A stretch of 63,951 bases of DNA, filler included, from Kipferlia bialata (taxonomy: Eukaryota), in NCBI GenBank assembly GCA_003568945.1. It is 7 parts of 6 records of this genome, joined end to end, with 100 filler letters (N's around TTAATTAATTAA, not from the genome) between each part and the next. Parts side by side here need not be neighbours in the genome. Positions count along the whole stretch, not along the records: positions 12,647 to 25,190 come from BDIP01001070.1; positions 25,291 to 30,360 come from BDIP01001071.1; 5 more parts are not named here. One strand, written 5' to 3'. Numbering within the stretch: position 1 is the first letter of the stretch; each line of letters starts with the position of its first letter. A program made the position numbers and the translations under genes. Below the pieces are notes generated by a model that saw only the letters and a list, made by a program, of their open reading frames with translations, did no database searches and was not told the origin of the DNA. Of this stretch, positions 12,745 to 26,726 are shown piece after piece.

Positions 12745-14755
12745 CTGCTGCTCCCTCCTGGGGTCTGCGCCCAGCTTCCGTCCCCGTGTACCGACAGCCT
12801 CTATGCCCCCCACCGCTGTGCCGGGTATCCTGCCCTTGTCACTGGACGTGCTCTCGGCCTGCCTGCCTATCACCAGCCGGGCCTCCTCCTCCCTGCCTCC
12901 CTCTCCCTCGGCCCCCTTGGCAAAGGGAGACTCTCTCGAGAGGCAGCTGTACGCGTCTAGACTGACCCTGGAGATGCCGCTGCCGGCCAGGGCGAGTGTG
13001 GCGTCTGTGGATATGGATAAGGGGTGCAGGGAGGGGGCAAGGGCGTGCTTACCCTCGGGGCCCCTGAGGCATGCCGGACTGGATAGGGTGGGGATGGAAG
13101 GGAGGCTCTCCAGCCAGCACCCACCAGCGCCAGACACCCTAGAAGTGAGGGGGGGGTTGTATATATAGCAGGATAGAGACACCACCGAACGCTGTACCTG
13201 AGCCACCTAGTGGGTGACACGTGGAGACCAAACTCACTAGGGATTGTGGTGGGTAGGGGGCTCTTGACCGGGGTGTCGGTCTCTGCCTTAGCCTTGAGAC
13301 CAGGTCTGGGCAGGCGTCCGTACTGTCCGGGCCTGGCCCCTGGGATGAACAGGTCCCCTGTGATGGGGGGGAGGGAGGACATGCCTCCGAACAGGGGGGA
13401 CAGGGAGCGGCGGGGAGGGGGGGAGGGGGAGGTCTCTGTGTCTGAGTCCCTGATAACCATGTCAACATCGAGCCCATCCTTGATGTCTCTCAGTCTCTGC
13501 CTCTCCAGTGCCTCGAGGGATGTATCAGCATGGGGCCTCTCCCCTTCGTCCCCTCTCTCTTCAGCACCACCCGCACCCATCTCCACATCCCCACTAGCAG
13601 TGGCAGGGGGCATGGGTACATCACCCTCTCGCTCTTCCTCTCCCTCTGCCTCTGCCCCTCCCCTCCCCTTAGCCTTGGCCTCTTCAGGTTCCACATCTAC
13701 ACTCCCATACCTCTCCCCCTCTCTCTCGTAGCTCTCGACACCGGCCACTGTCCTGTCCCTCACGTTCCACCTGGCCAGATGCGATGTGTAGTGACAGTCA
13801 GAGAGGGGAGGGGGGGGTGTCTCCTTGGCTATGCCGGACTGGGTGATGCAGTACTCGGTCAGCACCATCAACTGCTCCACAAAGCGGTGCCTGGGGGTTA
13901 TGCATATATATATAGAGAGAGAGAGGTCCAGTCACACACAGACAATGCCAGTTGACATGAGAGAATGGGACATGCAGGGTGTATTGATTCCCCATATACA
14001 GACTACCACTACTTCCATATGCATATACCTCATCATGGACGAGTACTCCCCAGCAGCCATGCTCAGCGTGGATATCAGACCCCGGCAGTCAGCTGAGACA
14101 GCGCCTGGGGTTGGAGAAAGGGGGGGGGGGGGTTGACCACACACATACAATAGTACATACTTGGCTGACAAACACCATAGCAATTGTCTCCATACCTGGG
14201 ACCTCTCTGGGCAGCACTCTGCAGTAGTTGACCGGCAGCACATAGGGCCTGGTCCTTGTCTTCCTGCCCCCCTTCGCCGTCTTGGCCTTGCCCCTCTTAG
14301 GCTGCTTGGCCCTGGGGGGAGAGGGCACTGCGATCGGGGAGGCCACTGTGAGAGTGGCTAGACAGGACAGCATCTGGGCGGCATCCTCGATACCCTCTCC
14401 CTCTCCCTCTCCCTCTCCCTCGGACTCCCCCTCTGACTCGGCCTCAGCCTCTGCATCTGTCTTTCCATCCATCTCTGCTCTCTCCTTCTCCCTCTCTCTG
14501 TCAGCCACCTCCTGGGCCTCTTCCCTCAGCCTCTCTCTCTCTGTCTCGCAGTCCAGCAGCGCCCTCTCAAACCTAGTCACTATGTCCCTCTGGGCCAGGG
14601 TCAGGGGCAGCCGAAGAGACTCGTCCAGACCGTCTATCGAGTGGGCTGCCACCCAGTCTGCAGCTGGCCCAAGGGATGTATCGGGTTCAGGGGTCACCCC
14701 GAGGTGGAGAGGGTACCTCCCACCCTCTGTGACCTTGACTGCAGCGAATATCACC
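12745..14755 (-). CDS. Hypothetical acidic, low-complexity protein, internal fragment (about 4 exons: 14755-14196, 14104-14030, 13890-13197, 13137-12745)
   Basis: Long GC-rich frames bounded by GT-AG sites; no start, stop or recognisable domain. Confidence 0.6.
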
Positions 14756-14931
14756 TAAGGTCAGGGGGGGGGGGGGGGGGAGGGGGGGGCAGAAAAAAAA
14801 ACCCCCTATGTGTACATTCTTATCTCACCTCCTAGGAGTTTCCAGCACTTCAAGGATCAGACACTCCATTATACATTAGTATACTGTGTCTGTCTCCATA
14901 TATAGATGTGTATCACTCTCCTTACCTCTAG

Positions 14932-17344
14932 GAGTTCCAGCACCTCAAGGATGAGACCTACCTAGACTACACAGGCAGTGCACTCTACCAGAGAGGACAG
15001 TTGAGGGTGAGTCTATATACATGATCTATATATATCTAGAGAGAGAGATTGAGAGAGTGTGTGTGTGTATGTATCTTGACTTCACAGGCAGTGCACTCTA
15101 CCAGAGGGGGCAGCTGAGGGTATGGGAATAGATATGTGTACATTGTGTTGAGAGAGAGATGGGCACTCTTCTCTCTCTCTCTCTCTATCTCCCTCCCCTC
15201 CCCTATATAGGTGTGTATCTTATGTATACAAATCACCCCAGGAGATGTTCACCCAGCTGGAGGGCAACCTTCTCTCTCTCTCCATCTCTCCATCTCCTCT
15301 TCCTCTCTCCCTATATCTATCACGCTATATGTATTATCTACTATGTCTCCCTTATCCCAGGAGATGTTCACCCAGCTCGAGGGCAACCTGTTCTGCAACG
15401 CACACTCAGGTACATATATCCATAGCATATATACATATATATATATTGCAGAGAACTCCCTGTATTATACACTGGGGACATACATTATATATATTCTTAC
15501 CCCCAGACTCGTCGTGTTCGCAATGATGTCTCTATATAAATAGGTATATATGGGTTGGTAGATACATTTGATCTTATCCTACGTTTGTTCTTTTCCTTGT
15601 GTGTCTAGTCTCACCCTCTAGACTCGTCCTGTTCCATGAGGACTGAGGCCGAGGTGACCAGTGTCAGAAGGACAATCATGGACTGGTTCAACTGTGGAGG
15701 TATGTATACACATTTATATATATCTATTTACAATATTGTGTATACATGTCCTCGTTCTAGTAGCCAATCATGGGCTGGTTCAACTGTGGGGGTATATGAT
15801 GTGTATAATATATACCATAATGTGTATACATTCTCTCTCTCTCTAAAGGACAATGGACTGGTTCAACTGTGGGGGTGAGTCAGATTCTACTTTCGGTCTC
15901 TCTCCCTCTCTCTACCCCCTTATTCTTCAGACGACTACACTGTCATCTTCACCGCTGGTACCACTGCCTCTCTCAAGATGGTGGGAGAGACATTCCCATG
16001 GTCCGAGGTATGTACAGTCTAATATGCAATAGAACTAGAAGTCACTAACCTTGCTATCCTCTTACCCCATCCCCCCCCCCATAGCCTACATAGTGTATAC
16101 ACGTATGTATATGTACATTATGCACCAATTATCCTGTCTTCTTCTTACCCCAGCACTCCCTGTACGGCTACTCCAGACACAACCACAACTCAGTGCTGGG
16201 CATGAGGGAGCTGGCAATGGCTAAGGTATGGGGTATTAGTATTTGTTCATATAGTATATGTGTATATATTAATGTATACATACTCAGTGCTGGGCATGAG
16301 AGAGCTGGCAATGGCCAAGGTATATGTGTGTGTATATATACATTGGTGTGTCTAGACGTGCAGACCACTTACCCCCCATGGCTCCTCCTTCCTGGCAGTA
16401 GGGTCACATATACCAAACAACATATGGTATATGTACGTATATATGTATAGAGAGTATATAGGCAGGTGTATGTACTCACTCCCAGGGCTCCTCCTTCCTG
16501 GCACTGTGTACCTGTATATATTCATTCTTATACAGATATTATTAACACAGTGTATTGTAGAGTATTTACTGTCTACTACTTACTTACCCCCCAGGGCTCC
16601 TCCTTCCTGGCCGCAGAGTGGGACCTACAGGACCCAGAGTACATACAGCAGTTCATGCCCAAGGAGGTATGCATACATTAGTTGTAGAATACATATATAT
16701 ATGTTAATCTTCGTTTCATGTATCCTCCCTCACTCCCAGTCTGAGGAGGAGTCCTCTGAAGAGCCAGTGGAGCAGTTCAACCCAGAGGTACAATGCGTAT
16801 ATGTATATGTATGATGGGAATATGTAGGTGGATATAGAATATATAGGTGGTATTCACTCACTCTAGGAGACCCCTGCCCCCCTCAATGATGAGACCGAGG
16901 AGGCCTTCCACCTGTTTGCATTCCCCGCAGAGTGCAACTTCAGTGGCATCAAGTGAGTTATAGTGTCTTCTGTATTCACTATTCATTATACACATATTAT
17001 ATATATACCATCTATACTACATATATTCTGTCACCGAGGTGTATGAGCACATATGTCCTCGCCCTCAGATACCCCCTTGACCTTGTGCATGCTCTATCCC
17101 TCTCTCTCTGTCTCTCTCTTCATGTGTATATAGAATAGTATGTGTCCTTATTCCCAGGTACCCCCTGGACCTAGTGCATGCTCTCAAGAGAGGTACACTC
17201 GGAGAGCACCTACTGTCTAGGTAGTGTACCAGAGTATATACATACAGCACAGTGGTAAATGTGGATATATGTAATATATCTACTCCGACACCAGAGCCGT
17301 TGAGACCTCTGCCATGCCCCCTGGGTACAATGTCTCTCTCTCTC

Positions 17345-17384
<40 letters not shown>

Positions 17385-18285
17385 TGTAGTATACGTTTCC
17401 TTACCCTCCAGAGCCGTTGAGACCTCTGCCATGCCCCCTGGGTACAAGAACAGGACCAACACATGGAGAGTGTGTGTGGACGCTGCTGCATATGCACCCA
17501 CTAACCCACTCGATCTACAGGTACGCAAATAGTATATATGGATTTCATATGTACTATACATATGTATGAATATTACTTCTTTTTCCACTGGATCTACATG
17601 TGACTACCCACTATATATAGAGAGAGGCGTGTATTCAGTAATAGTATGTACGTGTATATATCCCCTCACCCCAGGCCTTCCCCGCTGACTTTGTCACCAT
17701 GTCCTTCTACAAGCTGTTCGGCATCCCCACAGGCCTGGGGGCACTACTCGTCAGGTAGTCTAACGTACTCAGTCCCTATGTATATATGTTCTTTAACAAA
17801 TACATGGATTGATTACCCCCCCTCACCCAGGAAGGACGTGGCACTCTATCCACTCTACATTGTACTTATATGTACCTACATATGTTCCTATGTATTTATA
17901 TCTCCCCCTCACCCCAGGAAGGACGTGGCACACTACTCCACTGCAAGTAGTATATAATACTATAAATGTATAACCCCTTTGAATATATATACGTATACAC
18001 CCCCCCCCCTCACTCCCCAGGAAGGACGTGGCACCTTTCATGAACAAGACGTTCTTCGGAGGAGGTATTGTTAGTACATGCACAAATACACATATACCCT
18101 GTTTACGAGAGGAATACACACCATTATACTATTCTCTCATTGTCTATTGATTACCATTGTTGTCTATCTTCCCCCTAGATAATACATGCTTTGGACGAGT
18201 ATACACATATATGTTGTGTTTCAATAACACTTGGGGTGTCGTACAGCATTTGTCTCACCCCAAGGCACTGTCGTTGCCGTGTCCT

Positions 18286-18320
<35 letters not shown>

Positions 18321-18724
18321 ACATATCCCTTATATTCAATACCTTACACACAGGCACTGTGGTTGCTGTGTCCTGCGACTCCTCCTTCTGCAAGCTGAGG
18401 TGAGGCTAAATATATATATCGTGGTACGATATTACTCCTCTGTTTAATACTTCTCTGACCCCAGACCCATCTCCAACGAGAGGTTCGAGGACGGCACAAT
18501 CTCATTCCTCGACATCATTGGACTGAGGTGTGTATAGTACTCTAACATCGTATATATATATATATATATATACCAATATATATATACCTATATCAATACA
18601 TATATCTATCTATATACATGAATATATATATAAATCATTGGGCTGAGGTATGTTTGTTTGTTTTACAATACATGGCAGTCAACCAATCGCCGGCTACAAT
18701 ACCTTCAAGTCCCTTGGAAAGCAG

Positions 18725-18760
<36 letters not shown>

Positions 18761-20748
18761 TCTCTCTATCTATATATATCTAGTATTTTTGTCTCGTTTT
18801 AACGCTGGCTTCAACGTGTTTGAGTCTCTCTCTCTTTCTCTCGCTATTTCTTTCTCTCTCTCTACATGATGATATCTAATATCAGTGCTGGCTTCAATGT
18901 GTTCAAGTCCCTTGGCAAGCAGGCCATCACAGACCATGTCTGGACACTCACCAGATACCTCTACTTGAGGGTCAGCGCCCTCAAGCACAAGTGAGTATAG
19001 TTGTGGGTATACATATATACATACACTATTACATATTACTACTACTACGTGATCACGTATATATCTCAGAGTCAGTGCCCTCAAGCACAAGTGTACTCCC
19101 CACACAATATGTTGATATAGAGGACTATCTAGTGTAAATATTGTACTCCATATATCTAGTATTATCTTTCTTACCCCCAGGAATGGCCGTCCCCTCCTAG
19201 AGATATATGGCAACCACGAGCACGGAGACCCAAAGAGACAGGTACGTATTCAAGTCTTAGTTGTAGATTGCTGAGCACGGAGAGAAGTATTTATCCTACG
19301 CCATTGGAATGTACCACTTTTCATGTCTCACTCCAGGGCGGAATCCTCTCCTTCAATGTCCTGTCGCCCAAGGGGCAGTACGTGCCATTCAAGATTGGTA
19401 CGGTGTTACTTTACTTGTAGTTCTTGACATTTATATTAAGTGTATATATTACTATGTACATTTCGTGTTTCTTCCTTACCACCCAGTGATGGAGGCTGCC
19501 AAGACCTCCAACCTCATCATCTCTCCCCTGTCAGTGATTACTCCAACCATACTATGTTCCTCCATAAATGTATTGATATATCCATATACACTAACCCCCA
19601 GTGATGGAGGCTGCCAAGACCTCCAACATCATCTCCTATCCCCTGCCAGTGATTACTCCAATCATACTATGTTCCTCTATATATATGTGTGTGTATGAAT
19701 ATATATACTAGTATTCTTACCCCCAAGTGATGGAGGCTGCCAAGTCCTCCAACCTTCTGGAAATGCATATACAATGATGCATAACTCATGTGTGTAATCA
19801 NNNNNNNNNNNNNNNNNNNNNNNNNNNNNNNNNNNNNNNNNNNNNNNNNNNNNNNNNNNNNNNNNNNNNNNNNNNNNNNNNNNCTTACCCCCATCCTTAC
19901 CCCCAGTGATGGAGGCTGCCAAGGCCTCCAACCTTCTGCTCAGGGCAGGGGCACACTGCAACCCAGGGGCCGCTTTTGGGTACGGGTAGTGAATAGATAG
20001 TATAGTTTGGGTAGTGGATATACAATTAATGGTATCGTATTATATAGTATCACCGTATACTTCCGGTGGGTTCTAGTGGACGTTCAATTTATGATAGACC
20101 ACTCTATACTCTTCACCTTTCCATCCCGATATACCATTAACATGAGTAACTGTACCCATATATATGCATGTGCACCATGTCATTATATCCTTCCTCTCAC
20201 CCCAGCTACCTGACGATCGAGGAGGAGGACGTCCAGACAATTCTGCAGGTATACAGTAGTGTATATAGTATATTATATATATATATATATATATTATTAA
20301 CTATTCCCTCCGTATGTTATTATGTACTAGTGTACCATGTATGCAAGTACTGTGTCTCCCTAGCTGTACTATGTATACCTTGTGCATATAATATATATAC
20401 CTTACTCCAGGAGCGTGAGTCCTGCCACGCTGGTGACGGTATGTGGGAGGGCAAGCCCCTGGGTAGCTGCAGGGCATCCCTGGGGTACCCTACTACAGTG
20501 ACAGATGGTATGTGCTAATACTGATGAATGGAAGTCACGATTATATATGTTCACCCCAGTCGACAGGCTGACCACCTTTCCCAATACCTATGTGCTATTA
20601 TATCCATATGTATATTCATATAAATATATGTGTGTGTGTGTGTATGTATATGTGTTTGTGTGCACATACTCTCCTCACCCCAGTCGACAGCCTAACCACC
20701 TTCCTCAAGGCCACCTACACAGACAGAGACATGCCCAAGGATATGTAG
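14932..20748 (+). CDS. Molybdenum-cofactor-sulfurase-like (ABA3/MOCOS NifS-type, class V PLP) protein, about 21 exons, 5'-incomplete, no MOSC domain
   Basis: Exon peptides [88 protein letters not shown] (PLP Lys), [33 protein letters not shown]; stop TAG at 20746-20748. Confidence 0.9.
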
Positions 20749-20848
20749 AGAGAGAGAGAGAGAGAGAATGAGAGAGAGAGAGAGATGCACGCCCAGGGAG
20801 ACATGCAGCATGTAGAGATAGAGTGGGGGAGTGTGTCTCTGTGTTGGA

Positions 20849-20894
<46 letters not shown>

Positions 20895-21466
20895 ATATGG
20901 CAGGGGATGGGTCCTGTACATCTCTTGTACAGAGTGCTGTTTTAAAGCTGTTTAGTTGCACACACACCCTTGCCTAGTACAAGCTCTCTATTCAACAGCG
21001 CGGTTGCGGTGTATTATGATTGGTTTGTGTTTACATATATAGTATATATAGTGGTTTCTTAGTAACAATAGATTTATGCATTGGAGGAGTATGAGCATTT
21101 CTGTATACTCTTCAGTATAGTGACTGGAATTGTTCCTACCAGACTGGAAGTTCCAGTCCACGCCATGTCTAACCTCAATATCTATCAAATATATCAAATT
21201 TGTCATATTGATGTTGATCACATTACAATACTTATCATAGCTGTACACACAGTAATATATGTGCCCCACTTCCTGAGACTCAAATAGATAAGAGTATGTG
21301 TTACACTGAGGCTGAATGAACTACACAATCAAGCTCTCGACATATATTACACTCTCAGTATCAGTCTTGGGACCGAGACTTCTCATCATATACACATATT
21401 CATATACTCTCCACAGTGTACAATCTACACGATTGCCTGTTGCGGTAGGGATATTGAACACTGACA

Positions 21467-24400
21467 CTACACAATTGTCTGCTGCACACCCATATGTGAA
21501 ACAGAGGGTACATACACTGCGGCCTTCCTCTCTGGGTATACCAGCAGCATCAGAGACACATACTCCATAGTGTTCATGCAGATGTTGGAGAGGGACTTGA
21601 CCTGCGGATAAGAGGTGTACATACATATACAAAGATAGAGAGAGAGAGAGAGATACACACTCCATGGTGTTAATACATATGGTGGAGAGGGACTTGACCA
21701 ATGGTGGCATGAGAGATTAATGGAGAGAGAAAGGAGAGACACGCATATACTAATTACTTACACTCCTGATGCAACAACTATACACAAGTACACACATATA
21801 TATGAATATAAATGATTAGGTATACATATACATACCTCCTGACTGGGCACCCACCACTCCATCCTGATCAGGACGTACAATTATATAAACACATATACAT
21901 ATGTATATATATATATACACATATATGTATACCTCCTGTGATGGTACCCACCACTCCATCCTGATTAGGAAGTATATCAGCTTGGACCCGCCATATGTCA
22001 GGATGAACACGGGTAGAGCATACACCTTGGAGACCTAAGTATTAGGCCTAGTAGAGACAATGGTACTAAATATGATATATAAATATATACATTCATATAT
22101 AGGATACAAGATATATATATAATGATATATACATAGGTCAGGATGAGCACGGGGAGGGCATACATCCTGGAGACCTGGGTTAGAATTGCAAAGAGGGAGA
22201 GAGAGACAGACGCACAGAATACATGCATCTTGGAGTCATGACTGTATCATTGTTGAATACAATGGTATACAGACCAACATGTCTCTACCTTCTGTCTCTT
22301 GTGAGATGCCTCCTCTGTATCACTTCTAGTGAGCATATATACTAATGTATATACATACCAATATATATGTATAGATATATATATATACTGATCCTTACCT
22401 TCTGTCTCCTGTGCGATGTTTCGTCTGTGTCACTCCTGGTGGTGGAGAGGACAATCTTGCTCACACGCTTGGTGGATCGCCTGAGAAATGAGTAAATATT
22501 TACCAACCTTGATTCGCTATATAAATCATTCTGCTGTATGTACTACAGTACTATACATGCATATACATTGACATCAATGTATATATACCCAATCATGACC
22601 ATGACTAGCAGGATGACAGAGACGCATATAGAAATATACAAGAATACAGATATATTTATATATATACGTAAATATACAAAGAATATGTATATTACTATAT
22701 ACCTCCTCATTGCCACCTATGGTTATCAGTATGACAGACATTTACATACATTATGTATCTATATGTATATACTAATATATATATACATATGTATGTATAT
22801 ATATATATATATATATATCTGTACCTTCTCATATATAACTGTACCTTCTCATTGCCACCATAACCACTAGGATGACAGACAGATGCATGATCTGCAGAGT
22901 GCCCAGGATTTGGTACAGGGCAGACACCTGGTTCATATGGGTATCCTAAGGGTAAAATAGAATACTATATATATACATAGATATATATATATGTGTATAT
23001 ATGGAGAAGGAGATTAGTAACAAAGCGGGAGAGAGAGAGAGATTGAGTTGCACAGTATATGTGAGGCAGAGCTGCAGAGAGAGATGTTAATATTTATATG
23101 TGTTGTATAAGTGTAAGCAACCACATACCAGTGCCTCCTGTGTATCTGTCTCATGTTCTTTGACCCATGTGAAGTCCCACACAAAAAGGGTCACAGTGAC
23201 CACAGCCAGGACGGCACAGACAGCTGTACTGATATCAGTATCAGATGCACATATGAATATATATCTGTGTGTATATGAGAATGATGAATCTATACAGACT
23301 ACCACAGCCAGGATAGCACAGACGGCAGTGCCGATGTGAGTTAAGAAACCAAAAACTAATCATATAAATATATGAGAATATAGAGATACAGTACTACAGC
23401 CAATAGGGCACAGACAGCAGTGCTTGAATGAGCGTATTACTTGGAGTATATCTATATTCCACCTCCATCATATACTACAGATACTGATACTGATACATCA
23501 TGAAGTATCATTATTTCACAGATAGAAACTTGACCATGTGGGTCATACCTTGTTCGTGTTATGATATATAATACAATATATTATATATTTATATTATACA
23601 TATTATATATACTTGACCATGTGGGACATGCCTTGTCCGTGTGATGCGTCTGAAGGTACGTGTGCTCCTGAGCCCACGGAACACCTGGGGGTTAGAGTTA
23701 ACGATATATGTCTATGATATCTGATGAATATGTGTAAATGTTTTTACATGTGGCAGAGATACTATGTGGGGAGTGCAGTGACACAAGAAACATTTACATG
23801 TATACATTAGACATATATTGTAGTGGATGCATATGAATAGCACTATCTACCTCGGGCAGAGTGGCATTGTCATGAGCACTGTGACTTCAAATACTATATA
23901 GAATACAGTAAAGACTATAAAGACTATATATACTGCATATACTACAACAATATAAAGATTACATTTACATNNNNNNNNNNNNNNNNNNNNNNNNNNNNNN
24001 NNNNNNNNNNNNNNNNNNNNNNNNNNNNNNNNNNNNNNNNNAGATCTGTACCTGTATAAATATCAGGCAGAGTGGCATTGTCATGAGCACTGTGACACCC
24101 GAGGTCAGGAATGTGAAGGTGGGATCCCCTGAGTGTAAGTATATAGAAACATATACAAATAGAGAGAGAGAGAGAGAGACAGTGGCACCCGAAGTCAGGA
24201 AGGTGAAGGCGGGGTCACCTTAGTGTAAGGGTATGTATAGAGAGAGAGAGAGAGAGATAAGAATCATCTGTTTCGAGACATACATTGCTTGAAACATACC
24301 GAAGAATCCGTACACCTCACTTGGCCAAAAGAAGTACGCTGCCACGATGACACCCGTGAATGTACTGGGGGTTAGAGGGTGTAGTGAATGAAATGAAATC

Positions 24401-24740
24401 ATTGAGAAGTGAGAGGGTGGGGGTAGATATATACAAAAATTGGCTATTGATATATTCCTCATGTATCGGATACCACAAGTGATGTATACAGAGAGACTTT
24501 GTGTTATACTTCACAATACGTATAAATATATATATACGTATACATATATATATACATATACCTCATTGCACATGCCACTGTGATGTATCGGATACTATAT
24601 GTGCTATCCTATATATCATACTTCCCTCTATGCACATATAGATATATATATATATATATATATGCTTATACTTATATATACCTCATTGCACATGCCACTG
24701 TGATGTACTGGAGACCGGCCTTGGACCAGTGGGTGGTGCT
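21467..24740 (-). CDS. Multipass membrane protein of unknown family (possibly 7TM-like), 5'-incomplete
   Basis: Successive hydrophobic exons: STFTGVIVAAYFFWP, FTFLTSGVTVLMTMPLCL, STAVCAVLAVVTVTLFVWDF, LYQILGTLQIMHLSVILVVMVAMR, VYALPVFILTYGGSKLIYFLI, MEYVSLMLLVYP; stop at 21467. Confidence 0.65.
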
Positions 24741-24908
24741 GGGGTTAGGCTTAGTATAATATATATATATATACTTATACGTATATATATACTTATACTT
24801 ATATATATATATAGAGAGAGAGAGAGAGAAGCGGGCCTTGGACCAGTGGGTGGTGCTAAGGATAAGCTCAGTACAATATACTTATATATATATATATTAT
24901 ATATATAA

Positions 24909-24944
<36 letters not shown>

Positions 24945-25118
24945 GGGCCTTGGACCAGTGGGTGCTGGGGTCAGGATCAATGTATACTAAACTAACAGTA
25001 TAATGCAAATGAAGTATAACACACATGCATAAATATATATTAATATACAGAGAGAGGGATACGTTGGTCTTGGACCAGTGCGTCATGCTAGGGTGAGTGT
25101 GAATGCATAGTAATACAT

Positions 25119-25154
<36 letters not shown>

Positions 25155-25329
25155 GGGGGGGGGGGGGGGGCAAAAGAAGAGGGGGCCCAANNNNNNNNNN
25201 NNNNNNNNNNNNNNNNNNNNNNNNNNNNNNNNNNTTAATTAATTAANNNNNNNNNNNNNNNNNNNNNNNNNNNNNNNNNNNNNNNNNNNNCCACCATATA
25301 CTATATATAAATCTTGATTACACCATTAA

Positions 25330-26674
25330 CCTTCACTGGCCCTGGCACATCTGTCAGGTCAGCTGGGTCAGGGTTCTCGGCGATGAGGGCATCGGACCAG
25401 TAGTTGGCAGAGATCTTATCCTAGTGGTGAGCTGCATATATACATGATATCCTTGCATAGATATGAATATGTATATATATATATATACATAGAAAGAGTG
25501 ATGGTAAAATGAGGGCTTGTCCTATGTAATAAACGATAGACCCATGACTACATATGTGTATCCCCTGTCAGTCTATATATCTATATATGTCCATAAATAC
25601 CTTGGGGTCCGATGTGAAGTTGAGCATGTCGATGAAGTCGATGCTATATGATATAGTACACTCTCTCTCTATATATAGTAGATATACATCCAATACATAT
25701 TCATTCTGTATATACGCATATACGTATCTACCTTGGGGTCCGATGTGAAGTTGAGCATGTCGATTCTCATACAGAGTACACATTATTCACAATATATATC
25801 ACTCTACCTATCTATCTATACACATCTATCTCTCTATCCAGAAAGAGACTATATAGTACCTTGGGGTCCGATGTGAAGTTGAGCATGTCGATGAAGTCTA
25901 TATGTATATAGTGCATATACACCTTTACAGGTGTATATATATATATATATATATACTGTACTTCTATGTATATATATACCTTTGGGTCCGATGTGAAGTT
26001 GAGCATGTCGATGAAGTCGATGCTGGTGGCCTTGGCAACCTAGAGTGAGACCAAATGTATATGAGAAGAGAAAAAGAGTGACTCATTCATATAGGGCATG
26101 TCAAATGTGTATGAATACATTCAATTAGTGACATACAATGCATATCACCAACACATACGTACCTGTATCGTTGTGAATGCCCCATCCTCCTCCTCCACCA
26201 ATGAATGTATATATATATATACCATCCACTTGTACTTGTTATTGAGAATACCACAAAAAGTTGGTATATATACAATCATTCAAGCATCCATACACTGTGA
26301 ACATATCTACCTGTATCTTTGTGAATGCCCCGTCCTCACCGTTCATGCTATATATCTACCTTGATACTATACTATTAAAGTAAAATTGCGTTATAGTATC
26401 TATTCATCATACCTGTGTATACGCAATGTGTATAGCCTAACAGTGAATACCTGTATCTTTGTGAATGCCCCGTCCTCATCGTTCAAGCTATTAATCTGTC
26501 ATCATATAGTACTATAGTATATACATATGTATATATAGTATCTACTTAATATACCTGTATCTTCGTGAGTGCCCCGTCCTCATCGTTCATGGACCCAGAG
26601 GCATCGAGGGAGATGCAGACCATTAAGTTAGACAGATCAGTATAAGTAAGATGTACATACACATATGTCTAGTG

Positions 26675-26726
<52 letters not shown>

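Noticed and set aside
14836..20700. Echoes as ordinary mutually exclusive exons
   Set aside because: Each echo traced has only one splice site of the pair and covers only part of the exon; RNA-seq is needed to exclude this fully.
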